A stretch of DNA of 64,000 bases from NCBI GenBank assembly GCA_043823745.1, contig JBDRAN010000006.1, forward strand, positions 40,176 to 104,175, in the 5' to 3' direction. Positions within the stretch are counted from its first letter, which is position 1, and each line of letters begins with the position of its first letter. This DNA is from Candidatus Omnitrophota bacterium (GTDB lineage Bacteria; Omnitrophota; Gorgyraeia; Duberdicusellales; 4484-171). The position numbers and the translations under genes are program-made. The notes beneath the pieces were generated by a model. It made no database searches. It worked only from the letters and a program-made list of their open reading frames with translations, and was not told where the DNA came from. Shown in pieces: positions 58,718 to 64,000 of this stretch.

Positions 58718-59695
58718 ATGATAGCCCATAAAAAAATTCTTGTTGCCGGCGCGGGCGGCTTTATCGGAAGCCATATCGCACGTACGTTATTCGAACAGAA
58801 TAACTTCGTCAGGGCAGTCGACATAAAATGGGACAATTATCTTTCGGAACCTTCTTGTAACGAGAAGCTGACGTTGGATCTACGTGAACAAGAAAACTGC
58901 CGAACGGCAACCGCGGGAATCGACTACGTCTTTAACCACGCGGCTAACATGGGCGGTATTGGCTTTATCACGGCGACCGGTGCGGATATTATGTACGACA
59001 ACGTACTGATTAATGCTCACCTTGCCCGTGCTTGTGTGGACAATGGCGTGGCGCGCCTCTTTTTCTCATCGTCTGCCTGCGTCTATCCGGCCTATCGGCA
59101 GAAAACCGCACAGGTAACCCCTTTGAAGGAAGATGATGCCAACCCAGCTGACCCGGATACGTTTTACGGTTGGGAAAAACTATACACGGAAAAAATGCTT
59201 GCCGCTTTTCGAAAAGATTATTCTCTCGACATTCGAATCGCGCGCTTTCATAATATTTATGGGCCCGAAGGAACGTATGACGGCGGGAGAGAAAAATCTC
59301 CGGCTGCGCTTTGCCGCAAAGTAGCGCTCGCCAAAAACCATGAAAGCATTGAAATCTGGGGAGATGGGAATCAAACACGTTCATACTGCTATATCACTGA
59401 TTGTGTCGAGGGGGTACTGCGCTTGATGGAGTCAGGCTATGTCGAACCGCTTAATATCGGTTCCGATCGTCTCGTGACAATCAACGAGGTTGCCGACATA
59501 ATTATATCCCTTTCGGGGAAATCCATTGAAAAAACCTACAATAACGCCGCCCCGCAGGGTGTACGCGGTAGAAATTGCGACAACACGCTCCTGCGCCAGA
59601 CACTACGCTGGGAGCCCCGCGTCAGCCTTGAGGATGGGCTCGCGCAAACGTATCGGTGGATCGAAAGTGAACTTCGTCGAAAAGGAGCGCTCTAA
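58718..59695 (+). CDS. NAD-dependent epimerase, GDP-mannose 3,5-epimerase-like
   Basis: GAGGFIG, AANMGGIGFI, SSACVYP, YGWEK, GGREKSPAALCRK, GVRGRN. Confidence 0.85.
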   Translation: MIAHKKILVAGAGGFIGSHIARTLFEQNNFVRAVDIKWDNYLSEPSCNEKLTLDLREQENCRTATAGIDYVFNHAANMGGIGFITATGADIMYDNVLINAHLARACVDNGVARLFFSSSACVYPAYRQKTAQVTPLKEDDANPADPDTFYGWEKLYTEKMLAAFRKDYSLDIRIARFHNIYGPEGTYDGGREKSPAALCRKVALAKNHESIEIWGDGNQTRSYCYITDCVEGVLRLMESGYVEPLNIGSDRLVTINEVADIIISLSGKSIEKTYNNAAPQGVRGRNCDNTLLRQTLRWEPRVSLEDGLAQTYRWIESELRRKGAL

Positions 59696-59699
59696 TATC

Positions 59700-61016
59700 A
59701 TGCCCTCCGTAGCGTGTTACGCTGAACAATTAAAAAATAAAATCGCCAGTCATGATGCGCATGTGTGTATTGTCGGATTAGGCTACGTTGGCCTGCCGCT
59801 TGCAATAGCCTTTGCCAAAAAGGGCTTTATAGTTACTGGTTTTGATACAAACCCAGCCCATATTGAGCGCCTCAAAAAAGGGGACCGCTATATTGTTGAC
59901 GCCGACCCCGCAGAAGCACACGCGCTCATGCGCAAGAAACTATTTATCCCGTCGGGTGACCCTCGTGTTATACACGACAATGACGTCATTATTATATGCG
60001 TGCCAACGCCCTTGCGTAAAGTTAAAACACCCGATATCTCCTACGTCGTGCACGCAGCGCACACAATCAAGAAATACCTGCGCCCCGGACATCTCATTAT
60101 CCTTGAAAGCACATCATACCCGACGACCACGCGCGAAGTGGTTCTACCGATCTTGCAGGAAACGGGGTTATCCACGGAGAGCGATTTCTTTCTCTGTTTT
60201 TCTCCCGAACGCGTTAACCCCGCTGATAAAAATTTTCCTTTGACCAAAATACCAAAAGTCGTGGGTGGCCTCACTCCGCAATCAACGGAGCTGGCGCGCC
60301 TTCTCTATTCCCGTATTATCAAAAAAGTTTTCTGCGTATCCAGCCCTGAGATCGCGGAAACCGCCAAGCTCCTGGAGAATACATTTCGCCTGGTCAACAT
60401 CGCTCTTGTCAATGAATATGCCCTCATCTGTCATGCCATGGGCATCGATATCTGGGAAGTAATTAAAGCGGCGAAAACAAAACCGTTCGGCTTTATGCCC
60501 TTCTACCCGGGTCCGGGCCTGGGCGGACATTGCATCCCGGTTGATCCGCTCTTTTTATCGTGGAAAGCGAAAAAACTGGGGTTTCAGACTAAAATGATCG
60601 ATCTCGCCTCGCATGTCAATCGCTATATGCCGCATTTTGTAGCGCGCCGTACCGAAGAGATTATCGCGAGCCGGGGCGGTTCCATCAAGAAAGCACGTAT
60701 CCTCATCGTGGGTGTTACGTATAAAAAAGACGTTAAAGACCTTCGTGAATCGCCGGCCCTCGATGTTATTCACATACTTCAACAAAAAGGCGCGCGCGTC
60801 GCATTCCACGACCCCCTCATCCCATATTTAAAAATAGGCGGTATTAATTTAAAAACGGTGCCGTTGAATAAAAAAAACATAGAAAGCTTTGATTGCGTAG
60901 TGCTTATTACCGATCACTCCGGGGTTAATTACATGTTCGTACAAAAAAGCGCGCGGGTAATTTTTGACACCCGTAATGTATACAAAGCCAAACACAAAAA
61001 CGTAATCAGCCTATGA
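59700..61016 (+). CDS. Nucleotide-sugar (UDP-N-acetylhexosamine) 6-dehydrogenase
   Basis: GLGYVG, CVPTP, ESTSYP, SPERVNP, GGHCIPVDP, DLRESP. Confidence 0.9.
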   Translation: MPSVACYAEQLKNKIASHDAHVCIVGLGYVGLPLAIAFAKKGFIVTGFDTNPAHIERLKKGDRYIVDADPAEAHALMRKKLFIPSGDPRVIHDNDVIIICVPTPLRKVKTPDISYVVHAAHTIKKYLRPGHLIILESTSYPTTTREVVLPILQETGLSTESDFFLCFSPERVNPADKNFPLTKIPKVVGGLTPQSTELARLLYSRIIKKVFCVSSPEIAETAKLLENTFRLVNIALVNEYALICHAMGIDIWEVIKAAKTKPFGFMPFYPGPGLGGHCIPVDPLFLSWKAKKLGFQTKMIDLASHVNRYMPHFVARRTEEIIASRGGSIKKARILIVGVTYKKDVKDLRESPALDVIHILQQKGARVAFHDPLIPYLKIGGINLKTVPLNKKNIESFDCVVLITDHSGVNYMFVQKSARVIFDTRNVYKAKHKNVISL

Positions 61017-61462
61017 TTGAAGGGGTAAAAGTAAAAGAATTGCGCGTTAACTACGATGACCGCGGTTATCTCATGGAGATCCTGCGTGCCGATGAAGCCA
61101 TCTTTGAGAAATTTGGGCAGGTTTACATCACCACCGCAAAACCGGGAATCATTAAAGCCTGGCACTACCACAAAAACCAGGACGACCATTTCTGCTGCAT
61201 TGCGGGAATCATGCGCCTGGTGCTGTATGACGCTCGCCTTCAGTCAAAAACAAAAGGCAAGATTATGGAGTGGGACGTGGGCATCGGGAAACCAAAACTA
61301 GTCAAAATCCCTGCGGGGGTGTATCATGGGTTTAAATGCGCCTCGAACGTTGACGCTGTCGTAATAAACGTCCCCACGCGACCCTACGATAGTGTGAACC
61401 CGGATGAATATCGAGTTGACCCGTTCGAAAAAACCATACCCTACGACTGGAGGAAACCATGA
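61013..61462 (+). CDS. rmlC: dTDP-4-dehydrorhamnose 3,5-epimerase family (cupin)
   Basis: DDRG, KAWHYH, IPAGVYHGF; within the rml cluster. Confidence 0.8.
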   Translation: MIEGVKVKELRVNYDDRGYLMEILRADEAIFEKFGQVYITTAKPGIIKAWHYHKNQDDHFCCIAGIMRLVLYDARLQSKTKGKIMEWDVGIGKPKLVKIPAGVYHGFKCASNVDAVVINVPTRPYDSVNPDEYRVDPFEKTIPYDWRKP

Positions 61463-62199
61463 AAGGAATCATTCTTGCCGGCGGCCTTGGCTCGCGCCTT
61501 AAGCCCTTAACCGATGTTACCAATAAACACCTTTTGCCTGTTTTTAATAAACCGATGATTAACTACCCCCTGCAGGCCTTGGTTGAGGCGGGGATACGGG
61601 ATATTTTAATTGTTACCGGCGGGCATCACGCCGGGGAATTCCTGCGGCTGCTCGGTAATGGCAGCCAGTTTGGCTTGAAAGAAATTCATTACACCTATCA
61701 GACCGGTGAATCGGGTATTGCGGATGCTCTGCGCCTGGCTCAAGATTTTTCTGATGGAGAAAAAATTGTTGTTATCCTGGGTGATAATATCTTTGAGTGC
61801 TCACTGAAACCTTTTGTCGAGAGCTTTGCGCAGCAAGACTCGGGCGCTAAAATATTGATCAAGAAGGTTCTTCACCCCGAACGTTTCGGTGTGGTCAGTT
61901 TCGCGGGTAAACGCGTTGTTGCAATTGAGGAAAAACCAAAAAAGCCGAAATCACACTATGTTGTCACTGGCATTTACATGTATGACAGCCGGGTTTTTAA
62001 TTTTATCCGGGGCTTGAAAAAATCCGGTCGCGGAGAATACGAGATCACGGATATCAATAACCGCTACCTAAAAGAAGGCTTACTAACCTCTGACGTCTTG
62101 AAGGGTTTCTGGACCGACGCCGGGACATTTGAATCCCTGCTGACCGCCAATATGCTTGTTGCAAAAAAACAGGGTTATACAGGAAAGGAGCAATTATGA
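61459..62199 (+). CDS. rmlA: Glucose-1-phosphate thymidylyltransferase (short form)
   Basis: ILAGGLGSRL, NKHLLPV, EKP, RGEYEITD, WTDAGT. Confidence 0.85.
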   Translation: MKGIILAGGLGSRLKPLTDVTNKHLLPVFNKPMINYPLQALVEAGIRDILIVTGGHHAGEFLRLLGNGSQFGLKEIHYTYQTGESGIADALRLAQDFSDGEKIVVILGDNIFECSLKPFVESFAQQDSGAKILIKKVLHPERFGVVSFAGKRVVAIEEKPKKPKSHYVVTGIYMYDSRVFNFIRGLKKSGRGEYEITDINNRYLKEGLLTSDVLKGFWTDAGTFESLLTANMLVAKKQGYTGKEQL

Positions 62200-63155
62200 A
62201 GATCTTAGTTACCGGGGGGGCAGGATTTATCGGCTCGCACTTTATACGCTATCTGCGCCAAACATACCCCGACTATACCATTACCAACCTGGATTGCCTC
62301 GCCTACGCCGGTAACAGAGAAAATCTTTGCGACGTGCGGGAGGATAAACAATACACCTTTATTAAGGGTGATATACGAGACCCTAAAGTGGTGCAGCGTG
62401 TGATGAAAACCACCGATGTTGTGGTAAATTTCGCGGCTCAGACTCATGTCGACAGATCCATCGCCCACGCGAAAGATTTTATTGAAACAAATATTAATGG
62501 GACCGTTACGCTTCTTGAGGCGGCGCGAACATGTGATATTAAAAAATTTATTCAGATCGGCACCGACGAAGTATATGGAAGCGTCCTTGAGGGGTCCTCT
62601 ATAGAAAGCGATCCGCTCGCGCCATCGAGCCCCTATTCGGCTTCCAAGGCAAGCGCGGATCTTTTGTGCCACGCCTATAGCCTTACCTACAAGCTGCCGG
62701 TCATGATTACCAGAAGCAGCAATAATTTCGGCCCTTTTCAGTACCCTGAAAAAGTAATCCCGCTCTTTATTACAAATCTTCTGGAAGGAAAAAAAGTACC
62801 TCTCTACGGCGATGGCATGAATGTCAGGGATTGGATTTATGTCCTTGATAATGTACGGGCAATTGACTTTATTCTCCACCAGGGGGAGCCGTCGCACATC
62901 TATAATATCGGCGGGGGAAATGAAATTAACAATACCGACCTTACCAAGCTCATCTTGAGCAAGTTCGGTTTAGGGGCCGAGTGGATCGAATTCGTAGAAG
63001 ACAGGGCCGCACACGATCGCCGCTATGCTCTTGATACCGGAAAAATCAGGCATATGGGTTGGAAGCCGCTGTACGATTTCGGAAAGTCGCTTGAGGCAAC
63101 CATAGATTGGTATAAAGCAAATACGAAGTGGTGGAAAAAAATAAAAAAATCATAG
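62196..63155 (+). CDS. rmlB: dTDP-glucose 4,6-dehydratase
   Basis: TGGAGFIG, AAQTHVDRS, TDEVYG, YSASK, HDRRY. Confidence 0.93.
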   Translation: MKILVTGGAGFIGSHFIRYLRQTYPDYTITNLDCLAYAGNRENLCDVREDKQYTFIKGDIRDPKVVQRVMKTTDVVVNFAAQTHVDRSIAHAKDFIETNINGTVTLLEAARTCDIKKFIQIGTDEVYGSVLEGSSIESDPLAPSSPYSASKASADLLCHAYSLTYKLPVMITRSSNNFGPFQYPEKVIPLFITNLLEGKKVPLYGDGMNVRDWIYVLDNVRAIDFILHQGEPSHIYNIGGGNEINNTDLTKLILSKFGLGAEWIEFVEDRAAHDRRYALDTGKIRHMGWKPLYDFGKSLEATIDWYKANTKWWKKIKKS

Positions 63156-63994
63156 TTACCGGGGCCCGGGGAATGTTGGGCCACGCTCTTTGCGCCACGC
63201 TTGAGAATTCTTTTGCCGTAGAAGGTATAGACAAAGAAGAGCTCGACATTACCAGCGAGAAAGACGTGAGCACCTTCTTTAAGAAGGGCTGCCCGGATGC
63301 GCTCATCCATTGCGCTGCATATACCGCGGTCGACCGGGCCCAGGATGAGCCCGAAAAAGCATATGCCGTCAACGCGCTTGGCACGCGCGCCATCGCAGGA
63401 GCTCTGGCCGGCAGTACGTGCTTATATATTTACCTGAGCACCGATTATGTCTTTGACGGTACGAAATCGGCTCCCTACGATGAGGGGGACGCGCCGAACC
63501 CCTTAGGCGTGTACGGTCGAACGAAATTAGCGGGTGAACGGTTTGTAAAAGAATACCCTCACCATCTGATTGTCCGTACCGGTTGGCTCTTTGGCCCCGG
63601 CGGACCCAACTTTATAAAAACGATTATTCAAGCGGCTGGTGCCAACGGCACTTTGCGCGTCGTAAACGACCAGGTTGGGTCTCCAACCTACACGCGGAAC
63701 CTGGCGAGCGCAATACATGATATGGTACGCATCTATTTTCGAAAGGGAATCCCCGAGCGCATCTATCACGTTACCGGGTCGGGCAGCTGTAGCTGGTATG
63801 AACTTGCCTGCAAGACAATAGCCATGGTAGGCTCGCCTGCGGCAATCGTCCCGATTACATCGAGCGAACTTTCCCGGAAAGCTCCGCGGCCGAAAAACTC
63901 TCGGCTTTCAAACGAAAAGTTTTATGCGCTTACCGGGCATTATTTACCGAGCTGGCAAGAAACGCTTGGAGACTACCTTAAGGGAACATTATAG
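63128..63994 (+). CDS. rmlD: dTDP-4-dehydrorhamnose reductase
   Basis: GARGMLG, AAYTAVD, STDYVFDG, YGRTK, DQVGSPT. Confidence 0.93.
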   Translation: MVEKNKKIIVTGARGMLGHALCATLENSFAVEGIDKEELDITSEKDVSTFFKKGCPDALIHCAAYTAVDRAQDEPEKAYAVNALGTRAIAGALAGSTCLYIYLSTDYVFDGTKSAPYDEGDAPNPLGVYGRTKLAGERFVKEYPHHLIVRTGWLFGPGGPNFIKTIIQAAGANGTLRVVNDQVGSPTYTRNLASAIHDMVRIYFRKGIPERIYHVTGSGSCSWYELACKTIAMVGSPAAIVPITSSELSRKAPRPKNSRLSNEKFYALTGHYLPSWQETLGDYLKGTL

Positions 63995-64000
63995 GTACGT

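Noticed and set aside
62205-62897. Long antisense ORFs (230 aa here; also 5684-6346, 43210-43845, 31411-31989)
   Set aside because: Opposite well-supported genes and lacking motifs; explained by codon bias.

Overview
This 64-kb window is bacterial core chromosome. All but one gene lie on the + strand, and I found no transposase, integrase, phage gene or CRISPR array. LptD, the gene content and the repeat style suggest a diderm, plausibly PVC-superphylum or Omnitrophota-like organism (inference only). Gene order: glnS; PAS/GAF histidine kinase, response regulator, GroES-like and HEAT proteins; ABC-F; YgiQ; a Maf-RlmD fusion; PPIase; rplU-obg-proBA-nadD; pgm-plsC-rpsA-tyrS-PilZ; two GalT paralogues; gap-pgk-tpiA-secG; polA-glgA-coaE-rho-rpmE-prfA-prmC-murA; trpGDCFBA without trpE; M16 peptidase-rsfS; HypA-like; ribE; tRNA-Pro; ROK-transaldolase-lptD; a nucleotide-sugar/rml cluster. 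Most notable signals: (1) a self-contained promoter-SD-ORF-SD-ORF-terminator unit encoding two tiny Lys-rich peptides (13 and 23 aa), next to a HypA that lacks its zinc domain; (2) three copies of a 216-245-nt four-way-junction element with compensatory base changes, each running from an upstream stop codon to a downstream SD; (3) tandem GalT paralogues with reciprocal active-site losses, suggesting an obligate heterodimer; (4) the Maf-RlmD fusion, a divergent Obg with no adjacent rpmA, and a probable ATT start for rsfS. Several REP/MITE-like repeat families and several apparently leaderless genes are also present.
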